Source of the DNA: Epithemia pelagica
Lineage: Eukaryota; Protista; Bacillariophyta
Direction of reading: 5' to 3'
Assembly: GCA_946965045.2 (NCBI GenBank)
Contig: OX337229.1
Coordinates: 5,704,001 to 5,768,000, forward strand
DNA length: 64,000 nucleotides
This document shows positions 33,701 to 44,108 of this stretch, one piece after another. The notes below the pieces were generated by a model, which did no database searches, was not told the origin of the DNA, and saw only the letters and a list, made by a program, of their open reading frames with translations. Position 1 is the first letter of the stretch, and every line of letters starts with the position of its first letter. Position numbers and translations under genes: made by a program.

Positions 33701-35957
33701 AGCCATGTCCACCCGACACTTGTTCGTCTTCTTGCGAATCCTCCAGACTCGTATCTTTTGGTGTATCATCACCACCCAATGGTGAGTCGGGCACATTGTC
33801 CCGAATCGAGGCGAGTTGTGGTTGAATCGAGAGTAAATACAAGGCATTGCGCCACGCAATGTCATCGGGTGAAGACGCTTCTCCACACAAATCGTGCAAG
33901 GTAAAATCCGGTTCCTCTTCGTCCTGCTGGTCATTCTCGTCGTCGTCATCGTCTTCTTCCTGAGTGGGTTCTTCGGTACCTTCATGCGTGGTGGTATCCC
34001 CCTGCGATTCATCCAATTCTTCCAATTCATCCAATGGCGCTTCCGCCGAAGATCGACCAACGGACCGCACCGAGTACACCAATGCTTTGTTGCTGTGGGA
34101 TTTCAAAGGTGGTCGATCATCCAGAGTGGGATTGGGTCGAACCGAGGAGATTGTGGTGGACGATGATACGGTTGAGGTCGGTGTGGCGGGTTCGGGAGAT
34201 ATCAAGGCTGATGTGGAACGAGGCGCCGGAGACGGTGTTCGTGGACGACGTCCTTTGCGCGAAAAACTTTGTACCAAGGATTGTTCGACCGATTTTTGCG
34301 ATCCTTCGGTCCCACTGCGAGGTCGCGTCGTAGTCGTAGTCGTGGCCGTCTGCGGAGGTGCCAGGGGGACTGTCGATCGATGTTCATTAATGGGTTTGGG
34401 AGGAGGACTGGGATATCCATCCAAAATCGAGGCATCTCCCAGCGACAACAATTCTTCGGAATCACGAGGAGGAGCCGTCGTGGGAGGGGAGGACCAAATG
34501 CGTCCCTCCTGGTTGTTGTTATTGTTGGTCGAATCTGTAGAAGGGAATCCTCGTGGTTTGGACCGTCGTCGGACACTTTGACCATCGACTTTACTGCCAC
34601 TACTGCTCTGACTGCCATCCTGACTGCTGGCCGTTGATCGGGCGACGGAAAGACTTCGACTCCGTCGTCGACGACGACTATCGGTTCCGTCGTGGACGGT
34701 AATGTGAACTGGATTTAAGAATGAATCGCCCTGTGATTCCGCATCCTCATTCTTATCGCCCTGTGGATCGGCCGAATCGGAACTTACCGCCGCCACCAAG
34801 GCGGCAAAGGGATTGTAGGTACTTTCTGACAGGTACGATGAGGTTCGAGTTGTTGTTGCTGGTTGGTTTGTTGAAGATGAGGTGGCAAAGGGATTGTAGG
34901 AGGATTCCGAAAAGAGAGAGGACGATGCTGTCGTGGTGGTGGTGGGATTGTGATTGGTAATGGGAGCCGCCGAACCAAAGGGATTAAAGGAGGATTCCGA
35001 AAAGAGGGAGGAGGTGGATTCTCGTGGTGTTGTCGCTTGTCCTTGCGACAGCCAGTGCGCTTGTTCCGACGAAGAGGACGATGATCGTGTGACACTACTG
35101 GTCCGTAACTTGTTGACTTTGCTTTTCATGCGTTGAATGTCGAGAATGGGAAACATGGTTCGATCGGACGAATCCCATTTGGGAGTTGGTTCTCGAGTTT
35201 GGGGTGGTGGTGCTGTTGTCGATTGTGGGGGAGGAGTGGTCGTTGTCGTCGTTGGACTCCCCACCAAACTGCTACTGGCTTGCGCATGTTGCGTGGAAGC
35301 ATCACTGACATCAATCGAAGGTTCTTCCGACGATTCATCAAAGGGGGTTCGCACATGAACCATTTTTTTACGTTTCATGGGTGTCCCCACAATCACAGTC
35401 GGAGGAGCCGATTTTTGCCGTCGATGCTGAGACGATGGTTCTTGGGTTGCCGCAAGAGTGTCGGTCGTGGCAAAGGGATTGATGCTACTACTACCAGGGG
35501 TGGAGGAGGAGGACGAATGTGGTGGTGGTGGTGATCCGTGAAACAAAACTGTTGCATACGAAGAAGGATGCAGGGGTGGTTTCGACGAAGCAGCAGCAGC
35601 AGAGGAAGAAGATGATGATGATTGCTGTTGGGCATTCAAGGGGACATTGGGAACCAAATCGGGTCCGGGTGGTGGTGGTCCTTTGGTCAAAGGTTTGGTG
35701 GCCACGGTGAGAGGAACGAGATGGGAAAATGTCTGTTGTGATTGTGGTTGTTGCACCGCAAGGGTCGGAGTATTTGTGGTGGGTAGTGTCTCATCATTGT
35801 TGGGGGGCGGTGGTGGTGGTGGTGGTGTCGTCCCCGTTTCACAACTCCACGTATCGTACGAATGTTCCTCACGTGAAAATATACTTTGTGCCGAATCGGG
35901 GACTGGTGGTGATCCTTGCGAAGAGGATGCAAATGGTGGTGGAGTGACAACCATCAT
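30714..35957 (-). CDS. Large ankyrin-repeat protein with C-terminal ~6-TM TRP-like channel module and coiled-coil tail
   Basis: 1747-aa ORF; ankyrin motifs GWTPLHISC, GRLPLHLLAA, GLTPLHLLL, QLPLHIAA, GRTPLHLV; TM cluster with pore-like FYTLL..RDSYRVVYLLLRGE. Confidence 0.8.
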   Translation of the reverse strand: MMVVTPPPFASSSQGSPPVPDSAQSIFSREEHSYDTWSCETGTTPPPPPPPPNNDETLPTTNTPTLAVQQPQSQQTFSHLVPLTVATKPLTKGPPPPGPDLVPNVPLNAQQQSSSSSSSAAAASSKPPLHPSSYATVLFHGSPPPPHSSSSSTPGSSSINPFATTDTLAATQEPSSQHRRQKSAPPTVIVGTPMKRKKMVHVRTPFDESSEEPSIDVSDASTQHAQASSSLVGSPTTTTTTPPPQSTTAPPPQTREPTPKWDSSDRTMFPILDIQRMKSKVNKLRTSSVTRSSSSSSEQAHWLSQGQATTPRESTSSLFSESSFNPFGSAAPITNHNPTTTTTASSSLFSESSYNPFATSSSTNQPATTTRTSSYLSESTYNPFAALVAAVSSDSADPQGDKNEDAESQGDSFLNPVHITVHDGTDSRRRRRSRSLSVARSTASSQDGSQSSSGSKVDGQSVRRRSKPRGFPSTDSTNNNNNQEGRIWSSPPTTAPPRDSEELLSLGDASILDGYPSPPPKPINEHRSTVPLAPPQTATTTTTTRPRSGTEGSQKSVEQSLVQSFSRKGRRPRTPSPAPRSTSALISPEPATPTSTVSSSTTISSVRPNPTLDDRPPLKSHSNKALVYSVRSVGRSSAEAPLDELEELDESQGDTTTHEGTEEPTQEEDDDDDENDQQDEEEPDFTLHDLCGEASSPDDIAWRNALYLLSIQPQLASIRDNVPDSPLGGDDTPKDTSLEDSQEDEQVSGGHGWTPLHISCLGMHPPPTYITRALLYANPKAVQWRDDGGRLPLHLLAASSADVATMELLLQTWPQAISKRDHKGLTPLHLLLRNRSVQLTTRNTSVLLGLSTDTLSTQSHSHQWKQMQQQQQRFILQRRREHLKMTLKEMDDYIARRHKVITTVLHPDFDEMDEEWKGYPPDVQVALRNLAKWRNKQQQQETTQKRRGNGKHKKDTSTSSSSHFLRIVDDSEEDENENDAVNDLLGETNPAAIPHYPDLKLPIHMAVARGIVQPVPLDDRMASSEEQFEDEEDDDEHDSDSDDSDNEVRTNTKSQKESNAMSSKDAPRRSSVDDVYGVLRCIIAAFPEGLCVRDGDGKTPLLHIMTMTDGLPTLDLIELLLGKRSGAFEEMSPWMSDLPVHSMSSLPDSQSRILSPAMVPSARTNQLPLHIAAEEFLSDCAIVESIYKSYPAAADAQDHRGRTPLHLVFSNYRLFPASPRVISMLLSDTSAKCRDVDGNLPFDLLVQAADCLPKRLPVSWEAGEMARIYQKFFTASLLTPSSQAERPKTSQLLRQLRSLPPWIRRQACSVQFVQEMIIEQLATPLRTACVISDGLLLILTLVLFRIQVKDYTDSSDSGSSVESEYPVSVGTVVSVRIVILSVRAILAANVGQLNYLVLLNGWFWVDLAAMVLTFSTTTLLNNNDVSDDTALSLATGATGLLWLSLLGYCATWCFGMALLLGSLAKIANQIVWPLIAGGMVLVAFAQMFYTLLWTDCATAIPVTPVCSVRDSYRVVYLLLRGESLLELDGSDEISAQAVVLLSAFLLALFALLLAVLVAVIMGALHSKPDEIAFRSFWEPKLAFVLSSADWGCRVQPKISLTPSRKVGLQTRLERTWELLVSSLLVGPPARSEKYWYSGRYRKGGLLGLAFWLTALILLPLWFVLGFLTLGLLWPPQLRQFLVRPLGWTSTRQPSAAAAKEDYMVAQLSEIRSELVRTKTMTYERSIQVENEVRSVKHLLYAAVREEQ

Positions 35958-36422
35958 GGAAGATGTACGTTTGTGTGTTGAGAATGGTTGGAGTTGAAGT
36001 TCTTTTTATGTGTCGCAATTCTCGTTGAAAAAATCGTAGACCGGAGAGAGATTCCAAACAGTCCTACGACTCCTCGTCCTCAATGAAGGAACGAATGCCA
36101 AAAAAGAGAGTCCACGGACACTCAAGCACTAAAAAGTCGAATCCAAAAGCGAGGCTGCACCGAAACCACTCCGTTTCTTGTCGACGTTGTATTTGGCTCT
36201 TGGAGTAGTTGTTGTTGTTGCAGCAACCAAGTCCAGTGTGACTTTTTGTCTTCTGTATTTCTTTTTGTTGTGTTGGTGGGAGATGTTATATGTATATTTG
36301 TCAATTTTGGTTTTGGCGCACCTCTTTGTTGGTGCGTGCACCCCTCTTTGAGAGAGTGTTTGATAGACGACGAATCGTGGAGCGAAACTTGGGAATGGCA
36401 AACGTTGAGAAATGGATACTAT

Positions 36423-36486
36423 TGCCCTCGCCAAGCGCGGCGAGTCAACCATGCTGCCCCCGCCAAGCGCGGCGAGTCAACCACGC
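36423..36486 (+). repeat. 32-bp tandem repeat, two copies (TGCCC(T/C)CGCCAAGCGCGGCGAGTCAACCA(T/C)GC)
   Basis: Direct comparison; 2 mismatches. Confidence 0.9.
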
Positions 36487-36846
36487 GCATGGTTTGGCCC
36501 ATTCAAGTCCACGCCATGGTCGTCACACCCATCCGCGCACGACAGCGACAGGCCCTCCAGGTCCAAGTCGCAACCCCATTCCAGTGTGTACTAGCTATAA
36601 GATAAATGAAATGACATGGGGCTTTACTCGTTGCTCTCGTATGCCAGACCTCGCTTGATGGAGACTGACTGTACCAATCTTTTCTATATAGTATAAAAGG
36701 AATTCCATTGATTATTGCAAATTGATGTTAGCTGGCTATAGCGAGGACAAGACTTGCCGGTCCACTGGGGTCTGTCCAAAAGAAAACTAGAACGGAAGAG
36801 AGAGAGAGAGATCTATCTAGCTGGTTCTCCAAAGTGCTGTCTTGTG

Positions 36847-38862
36847 TTAGGTGTAAAAGCGAATGACATCCTCCTCCGAGGGGTCTTCCTTGGTGGCGTC
36901 CAGAGTGGGGTTGGTAGTCGCCGTGGTCGTGGGTGGCGGCTGGTTGGAATGGTTGGACGACGATACGACACCACCCACCAACGCGGCATTGGTTTGCAAA
37001 TAGACGCGATCTTTAAAATTTTCGGAAATGGACCGGCGGTAAAAGGGTGCCGAAAACGACGACAATGGAACAGTTCCCTGGGTTGTAGTACTACCACTAC
37101 TTGCCAACAATTCATCGGCCGAATGGGCTTTGGAATAACTATTGTTGCTGGATCGCAAGTCGTCGTTCACGACTGTTTGTCCTCGATGCAACGAAGACAG
37201 AATCGCGTCGTCCACATCATCATCATCATCATCATCATCGTCGTCGTCATGTTCCATGGTGGTATGATCTGCAAGGGTCTTGGGGACAGTAGTTTCGACC
37301 AGGTAGTGTTGGGTTTGTTGCCAAAAGTCATGGATTTGTTGTTGAATCCGTTCCTTGGTACCCTCATCGTGACAAAAGGCGGCATGGATGGCATCCACAT
37401 TGGTTTGCACCAATTCCTGGGGACTCATGCCCATTTTCACCAAGGCGGTACGATATTGCCAGGCCAAACTGGTATGAAAGACGGCCGGATCGTCCGAATT
37501 CAACGACACGGACAAGCCGTACGATTGCATTTTGCGGCATGGATGACGAGTCCAATCCTTGCTTCCTCGTGGCTGCGGTCTGCCACTGCTACTAATATTG
37601 CTGGTGCTCGGTGGCATGCGCCCATATTCCCAGGCTCCCGTTTCGAGACTGGACGTGGGACAAACTTCAAAATGAATACCGGCTTGCTTCATTTCCTCCA
37701 TCAATTCTGGATTCGAGACAATATGATAGCCATGTCCAATGCGTGTGGCACCATATTCTCGTACCGATCGTCGAATATTGTCGGCGGCGGCATTGGCCTT
37801 GCTTGGATGGCGGACTTCTCCGGCATGCAGGGTAATGGGAATGTGCGCCTCTTGGGCCTTTTGCAAGACATTGTAATGTGTTTGATGCAACTCGGGAAAT
37901 TGATCACCATCAAAATGTTCTTCTCCGGCGGCAATATCAATGCCCACGGCCGCACAGGGATAATCGTTTTGATATTTTTGCACCAAGGCCAGTGTCGGTT
38001 CGGCCCAATCGGGCCGCCAGGTGATGCAGCACAGAATTTGGTTCACGACAATGTCAAAGTCGCGACAACCACGACGCAATCCACGAGTGATGCACAGGTA
38101 CACATCTTCTCCAGTCACTGTCACAATCTCGCGATTGGAACCACTCTTCTTGTTCTCGTCGTCATGATTGTTGAGTTGGTTCAAATCTTCGGCTAGACAA
38201 TAGGGAGAGTATCGCACTTCGGTGTAGACACTGTTTTGTTGCCATTGTCGTTGACAAAAGTCGTAGGCCAAGTGTTCCAAAAAGGGCAAATTTTGACGGA
38301 CCGTGGGCAAAAAGATTTCAAAGCAAGTCAACATTTCTTTCAAACTGCGAGTGCGTCGACCACCCCGACAAGTGCACAAGTCATGATAGTCTTGTCGCGA
38401 CCGACAATTGGAAACCAAATTTCGGACGGGCAAGTGTTTCCGCGATTCGTCCTCTTCCCACGGCAAGAGCGTGTTGGTAGGCAAACACTCCAAGGAGGCA
38501 GGTTTGTGTTGTTGAATGTAATTCCACATCACATCTGGATCAAAGGCTCCGTCCAAATGAACATGGAGTTCGACCTTGGGGAATTGTTGGACAAAGACTT
38601 CCAAATCCAAACTATAACGTTCTCTCCATTTCTTGTAGTGGTGACTTTGAGAATTGGTACGATTGGTGCGATTGGAGCTTTCGTTGTCAACACTCGAGTC
38701 TCCATGACGTTGTGACGAGGCGAGATGTTGCAGCAATACCTGCGTCTCGTGTTTAATTTCCACCAATCCAGCAGAAGCAGCTGTCTTGTTGTCCCCATCC
38801 TCCGACAGAGGCTTCAATCCAGTGTCTTGATTTGTTGTTGTATCATTGTCGTTCTTCGTCAT
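36847..38862 (-). CDS. ADA: Adenosine deaminase
   Basis: PKVELHVHLDGA, YTEVRYSP, GIDIAAGE, TLHAGE, RIGHGY, EVCPTSS, SLNSDDPAVF. Confidence 0.93.
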   Translation of the reverse strand: MTKNDNDTTTNQDTGLKPLSEDGDNKTAASAGLVEIKHETQVLLQHLASSQRHGDSSVDNESSNRTNRTNSQSHHYKKWRERYSLDLEVFVQQFPKVELHVHLDGAFDPDVMWNYIQQHKPASLECLPTNTLLPWEEDESRKHLPVRNLVSNCRSRQDYHDLCTCRGGRRTRSLKEMLTCFEIFLPTVRQNLPFLEHLAYDFCQRQWQQNSVYTEVRYSPYCLAEDLNQLNNHDDENKKSGSNREIVTVTGEDVYLCITRGLRRGCRDFDIVVNQILCCITWRPDWAEPTLALVQKYQNDYPCAAVGIDIAAGEEHFDGDQFPELHQTHYNVLQKAQEAHIPITLHAGEVRHPSKANAAADNIRRSVREYGATRIGHGYHIVSNPELMEEMKQAGIHFEVCPTSSLETGAWEYGRMPPSTSNISSSGRPQPRGSKDWTRHPCRKMQSYGLSVSLNSDDPAVFHTSLAWQYRTALVKMGMSPQELVQTNVDAIHAAFCHDEGTKERIQQQIHDFWQQTQHYLVETTVPKTLADHTTMEHDDDDDDDDDDDVDDAILSSLHRGQTVVNDDLRSSNNSYSKAHSADELLASSGSTTTQGTVPLSSFSAPFYRRSISENFKDRVYLQTNAALVGGVVSSSNHSNQPPPTTTATTNPTLDATKEDPSEEDVIRFYT

Positions 38863-39406
38863 GTCTTTCGATTCTTATGTGAAACGTTGTTGTGTTCTCG
38901 TTCGATAAGTATGATGAGTCTCGATTTGTCTTGAGGTGTCGTCTTGACAACATCCAGATTGGCATCTCTCCACAATGCAAGCCCTCTCCGTGATGCGAGG
39001 ATTCTTCTGCGAAGCAAAAAAATCTTCCTGTTGCGCTGGGAACACATTCTGTCAATATGACATCTGTCAAAACTACCCATCGTCTTATGAAGACGACTCG
39101 CTTGTTTCTAATCTTCTAGAGAATCGAGATCCGTAGCGAGGTTGTCATTCTGTGTCAACATTGAGACCACTTTTTGACAGATGTCATTCCGACACATATG
39201 AGATGACGTGACGAGAAGCGTGACAGCATCGTACACCCCATCGGAAACGAGTGGTTTATATGTGAGGTTTTGTTAAAACAAAAAAGAGGAAGAGATCTCA
39301 GAATTCGTGTTTCACCACAGGATTCTCTCCTCTCCATCATTGTCACAAAATGCCATGGAAGATTTTATGCCGCACCACGACAGTTTCATAACTTCGTTAT
39401 TAGACC

Positions 39407-42376
39407 ATGTCGTCCAAACAACCAGTCAATGCAGGTCATGACACAGATCTACCACCACAAGTGGCTGGAGAATCCGCCAGGACCATTTCTGTTGATCCTC
39501 GCACTGAGATTTTCCTGGTTTGTCAATCGGATCCGGTTTCCTTCTCTGATTTGCGTCGATTGGTAGACGCAGATCCTCGGCTTCTTGCTGTTCATGATGA
39601 GTATTCTTTGTCGCCCATGTCCTATCTTGGATGGGAGGCTCCATTGCCATCGGAAATATGGGACTATGTTGCAACACGGGCGATAAGTGTTCTTGATTCG
39701 CTTGAAAACAAAGTCGACATGATCATGGCCCTGATAAGAGCCCGTTGCCGGGGAATGGACTTGTGCACATTGAAAACTGTTGTTAAAGAGACCCTCTCCT
39801 ATATGCATGATGACATGATCCCGATAGCGTATCTTTTTCATGACTTTATTCGTGAAAAGCTCGATGATGTCATTCTCTCCGTGATGGAGGTATCTCCAAG
39901 ACTAGTGCAATGGGAGGATCATGTCGGAGGTCTTGCTCTTCACGTTGCTTGCCTTTATGGATCCTCCTTGAAAATTGTTCGGGCTCTAGTGGAAGCTCAT
40001 CCAGCGGCACTGGATCATCAAGATCACAAGGGCAACACAGCACTGCACTTGTGTTTCCAATCGGCGAATGGAGGTTTCAAGAGAACATGCAGTTTGGAGG
40101 TTGTACGCTATCTTATTGAACAAGATCTTTCAGCTTTGCTAGAAGAAAATCTAACAGAGCTGCTTCCAATTCATCTGGCATGCAAATCAGGAGTTGGTCT
40201 AGATTATATCCAACTCTTGTGTACCTCTTTGATGATGACTCTAGAGTCTCGCTGCGAAGAAGGGCGTGTGCCTTTGCACTATGCCTGTACGGTAAAGGAC
40301 AATGCTTCTGTCATTCGCTATCTTGTCAATCTGGACGAGGCCGCCGTATACAAAGCGGATGAACATGGTGATTTGCCGCTTCACTTGTTGTTACGCCAAG
40401 ACTGGTCCATGGACCCAGAGGAGCAACTCCGTCTTGTGGATTTGTTTCTTTCTATAAATCGGGAAGGAATACATCGTTTCAATGATAGTCATGGCCTTCC
40501 TCTGCATGTTGCTTGTCAACAGTCGAGCTCTCTGGAACTTATTAAGCGACTTGTGGAGGTGGGCGATGAAAGACAACCGCTTCACTGGTATTCTGAGAAT
40601 TGCAAGCAATATGGGACAGTCGGAGTAATGAATGACAACGAGAGATTTCCATTGCACCTTGCTTGCATGAACAGAAAGAAGAATTTGGATATAATTGAAT
40701 ACATTTTGGACAGGTATCCAACGTGCGTCAAGCATTGGGATGAAGATTGCAATCTTCCATTGCACTATTTCATGAATTCATTTTGGAAAAAGGATGAACA
40801 TGAGAAAAGAGCCAATCTGATGAAAAAAATGGTTGCTTATTTCCCTGATTCTGTTAATCAAACTGGCGATGGTCTTGAGTCTGCATATTCTTTGGCTTGT
40901 TTGTGGCAAGCTCCTCCTGAGATTGTCGAGGCATTGAGGGGAGGCCAATCTCCTTTTCACTGGCGGTGCAACGATGGCGTGGACACTCCATCTGATGGCT
41001 CGTGGATTTCAATAACTCGAGTACTCTCTCTCTATCCAAATGCGATCTACGAATGCAACGAAATGGGTGAACTCCCTCTGCATTCTGTCTGTCATCGAAT
41101 CAGGCCACTCTCTGCAGTGCAAACAATGTACAAACGATTCCCAAGTGCTATTTCAACTAGAGATAAACATGGAAACATGCCTCTCCACCATGCATGCAAC
41201 TTTCCAAAGACAGAGAATTTGGCATTTCTTCTGAAGAAATATAAGTCTGCCTTGAGGATCCCCAACTTTCATGGTGAGCTACCGATGCACTTGGTGTGTT
41301 CTTCTGGCTTTTCATTTCCTGGTCCCATAAAGCTCATTGTGGAGAAGAACCCATTTGCTCTCAAGCGCCCTGACGACAGTGGTCGTCTCCCGCTGCATCG
41401 TTATTGTGGTGCTGATCCTTGTCCTTCAATTCTTTTATACTTGATCCGGCGAAGCCCGTCATCCTGTTGTGTCATGGATCTGCAGGGCAATTTACCTCTA
41501 CACATTCTGGTGAAGAATCCTCGTGTTTCCTCACACTCAAAGATTATTCAAAATCTTGCAAATCGGAACAAACGCGCCCTCACAAGTCGAAATTTTGCGG
41601 GCTTTCTCCCGCTCCACTTCTATCTTCAACATCGGCGTGATCATAGTCTTGCCCACGTCAAGTGCCTTGCAAAACGTGTATTTTCTGATCTGTCACTCGA
41701 GTCACAGCGAAGCTCTTGTGGCTCGACTTTCCTTCATTTTGCCTGCGCATCAAAGGCAAAAAATGAAGTCATCCAGTATCTTCTTAAGCAGGATACTTCA
41801 AATGCTTGCAAGGTTCTCGATTCCCGTGGTCGCGTTCCATTACACTACGTACAAGATAGCGACACTGTTCATCATATTTTCTCGAGATTCCCCGATGGTA
41901 TAAACTGGCGAGACAATGACGGCAATACCCCACTTCATGTCGCTTGTTTGAATGGGCATAGCATTGGCGTCATACGAGTGCTATGGTTCAGTGGTATTGA
42001 ATCATTGCTCATCACAAACAAGGATGGAGACCTACCCCTCCATCTGGCCTGTGAAGCACAAGTGGATGGAGATGTTATGGAATGTCTAATTTCCGCTTAT
42101 CCTGATGCTGTTTGTAAACGGGGAAGTTGCGGGCAGCTTCCCCTTCACTCTTGGTTCAGGAACGTGGAGCGGGTGGAACACAGGGATGGAAACGAAGGTC
42201 TCGAACGACTTTTGGAGAAGTCCAAAGATGCACTCTTTTCGCGTGATGATGAGGGGTTCTATCCTATTCAGCTAGCTGCATTGACAATGGACTTGGATTT
42301 CATATTCCGACTCCTTCGATCCTGTCCTGCCGTGGTTGGCTCGTGTCAGTCTTGCCAACCCAATGGTGGAGTTTAG
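39407..42376 (+). CDS. Intronless ankyrin-repeat protein (989 aa)
   Basis: Many G.LPLH.AC / GNTPLHVAC repeats across the whole length. Confidence 0.9.
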   Translation: MSSKQPVNAGHDTDLPPQVAGESARTISVDPRTEIFLVCQSDPVSFSDLRRLVDADPRLLAVHDEYSLSPMSYLGWEAPLPSEIWDYVATRAISVLDSLENKVDMIMALIRARCRGMDLCTLKTVVKETLSYMHDDMIPIAYLFHDFIREKLDDVILSVMEVSPRLVQWEDHVGGLALHVACLYGSSLKIVRALVEAHPAALDHQDHKGNTALHLCFQSANGGFKRTCSLEVVRYLIEQDLSALLEENLTELLPIHLACKSGVGLDYIQLLCTSLMMTLESRCEEGRVPLHYACTVKDNASVIRYLVNLDEAAVYKADEHGDLPLHLLLRQDWSMDPEEQLRLVDLFLSINREGIHRFNDSHGLPLHVACQQSSSLELIKRLVEVGDERQPLHWYSENCKQYGTVGVMNDNERFPLHLACMNRKKNLDIIEYILDRYPTCVKHWDEDCNLPLHYFMNSFWKKDEHEKRANLMKKMVAYFPDSVNQTGDGLESAYSLACLWQAPPEIVEALRGGQSPFHWRCNDGVDTPSDGSWISITRVLSLYPNAIYECNEMGELPLHSVCHRIRPLSAVQTMYKRFPSAISTRDKHGNMPLHHACNFPKTENLAFLLKKYKSALRIPNFHGELPMHLVCSSGFSFPGPIKLIVEKNPFALKRPDDSGRLPLHRYCGADPCPSILLYLIRRSPSSCCVMDLQGNLPLHILVKNPRVSSHSKIIQNLANRNKRALTSRNFAGFLPLHFYLQHRRDHSLAHVKCLAKRVFSDLSLESQRSSCGSTFLHFACASKAKNEVIQYLLKQDTSNACKVLDSRGRVPLHYVQDSDTVHHIFSRFPDGINWRDNDGNTPLHVACLNGHSIGVIRVLWFSGIESLLITNKDGDLPLHLACEAQVDGDVMECLISAYPDAVCKRGSCGQLPLHSWFRNVERVEHRDGNEGLERLLEKSKDALFSRDDEGFYPIQLAALTMDLDFIFRLLRSCPAVVGSCQSCQPNGGV

Positions 42377-42659
42377 TCGATCGCCCAGACTGATGATGAA
42401 GCATCTACACGCCGATCTGATTGAAGCCACATCGGCCCGTGTGGTCGATTCGTAGAACGTACTCATCCGGCATCAGAGCTGGTAGAAAACATACCAAATC
42501 CTGAAATTCCCTTGTAGACAACCACCATAGTATCTTGCTACATGCATAGCGAAGAGAAGAGTCAGATAAGTTTGAGTCATAATATGTCCTAAGCTTTACT
42601 TTGTATGTATCTCTGATTCGTAATCGAGGTGTTCCAATCGTGGCTGGCAGTCACGACGA

Positions 42660-44108
42660 CTAGTGTTGAAGAGCTTCCACGATACGAGAGAACATGTATA
42701 TCATGTGACCGTAGTGCTTGTTGTCCGAAAGCGACGCAGGCACACGAATGATATGATGAGCAACATGTTCTGGGGCGGCTTCACCTGCGTCTTCAGCCAA
42801 TTCGCGTTGGTATCTCGGCTTGAGCTGATCCAGTGAATTGACTTGCTCATACAGACGGCTACATCCAGGGCATCGACTGCCATCTTCAATGACATACTGA
42901 GCCTCCCTGAAGGTGGCACAGTACGGACAATTTTCAGTTGACTGATCCACAAAGAACTTGGGACATTTGCAGCAATACAGAGATTGATAATCTTTGGAAA
43001 GGGGTTCTCGACAGACTACCACGGGGCAAAGGCCATGAGTGCATTGCGCCGACGATTCATGAAACTTTTGCTCCACAAGCACCTTTTCCAGGCTGAAATG
43101 TTCCAAAAAATGATTGTGGTTGGCTGTGGTTAAGATTGATCCGTAAATGAGGACCCAATCAAAAACTGTCAGGCGTCTGTTGGTCAAAAACTCTTTATCC
43201 AGAGCCATTTGCAAAAATCGGGCAACAGTGGCTTTGGCTTCTCTCATGATACGAGCTTTGAGGGATTGACGCATGGTCGTATTGTCAATGATTCCAATCT
43301 CCTTCGCAAAGCTCACGAAGGAAAGGATTTGGCTCATTGGATCACGGCGCTGCGTATCTTCGGGGAAGCCTTCCACCAAGCAATTGAAATAATTATCCGA
43401 AATCACAGTTAAGATCCTCCAGAAGGTTTCGTTCATTTCATTTGCCGCCATGCCAAGAGCTGTGTATCGGTCGTAGATGTATGCCAAAGAACTGCCAAGA
43501 TCTTGGCTATCTATGAGCTTACCCTCTGCAATCTCAATCTGACGGGTCGCAATCGAGCGTTGTTTGGCTTCTCCACCAACAGATATGGACAGCGCTTTCA
43601 GAAATGAAAGGATGTTGCATGACTTGATGCCCTCTTCCTTCAATTTAGGATCGTGGATCTCGTTGTAAGCGTTCTTGTACTTCTCTTCCCTACTGAAACG
43701 ATGCCAGGATCGCCCAAAATCTCCGCTCCAAAATCGTCAATGACTTTTCCCCCGAGTTGCCCAAAATTCTCAAAGTCCAGAACTTCCGCCGCTCGGTAGA
43801 TAAAGGCATGCATGGCAGAGAAAGGGAGAAAAATGGGGAACGGATCTTGAACAGTTGCTCCTTCCAAAAGACCTTGGAAAGCCTCCGTGCGATCGCTGAC
43901 ACCATAGCTTGCTTCCACTCGCTCTTTGAGCTCATTGACCACTTCGAGGATGTCTTCATTACTGGGGTTATCAACCTTATTGTAGAGGAAAATCGTTTTA
44001 ACATCACGGATCTCTTGATTATTGCTGTGAAGGAACTCGAGAAAATTGAGCTCTTCATCACCATTGACACCTTTTGTTCCATCCATCACTGCGACAACAC
44101 AATCAAAG
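42660..44108 (-). pseudogene. 5'-truncated, frameshifted dynamin-family/large GTPase-like gene with Cys-rich C-terminus
   Basis: FDCVVAVMDG..FLYNKVD (G4-like); 1-nt frameshift near 43705 (EILG/RSWHRFSREEKYK); no G1/G3 motif, and the 5' end abuts a tandem repeat; C-terminal CP..C/CCKC/CPYC/CPGC. Confidence 0.6.

Noticed and set aside
5377-38196. Long antisense or alternative-frame ORFs (e.g. 15773-16798, 20533-21540, 26101-27153, 36754-38196)
   Set aside because: They are shadows of real CDSs on the opposite strand, typical of this codon bias.
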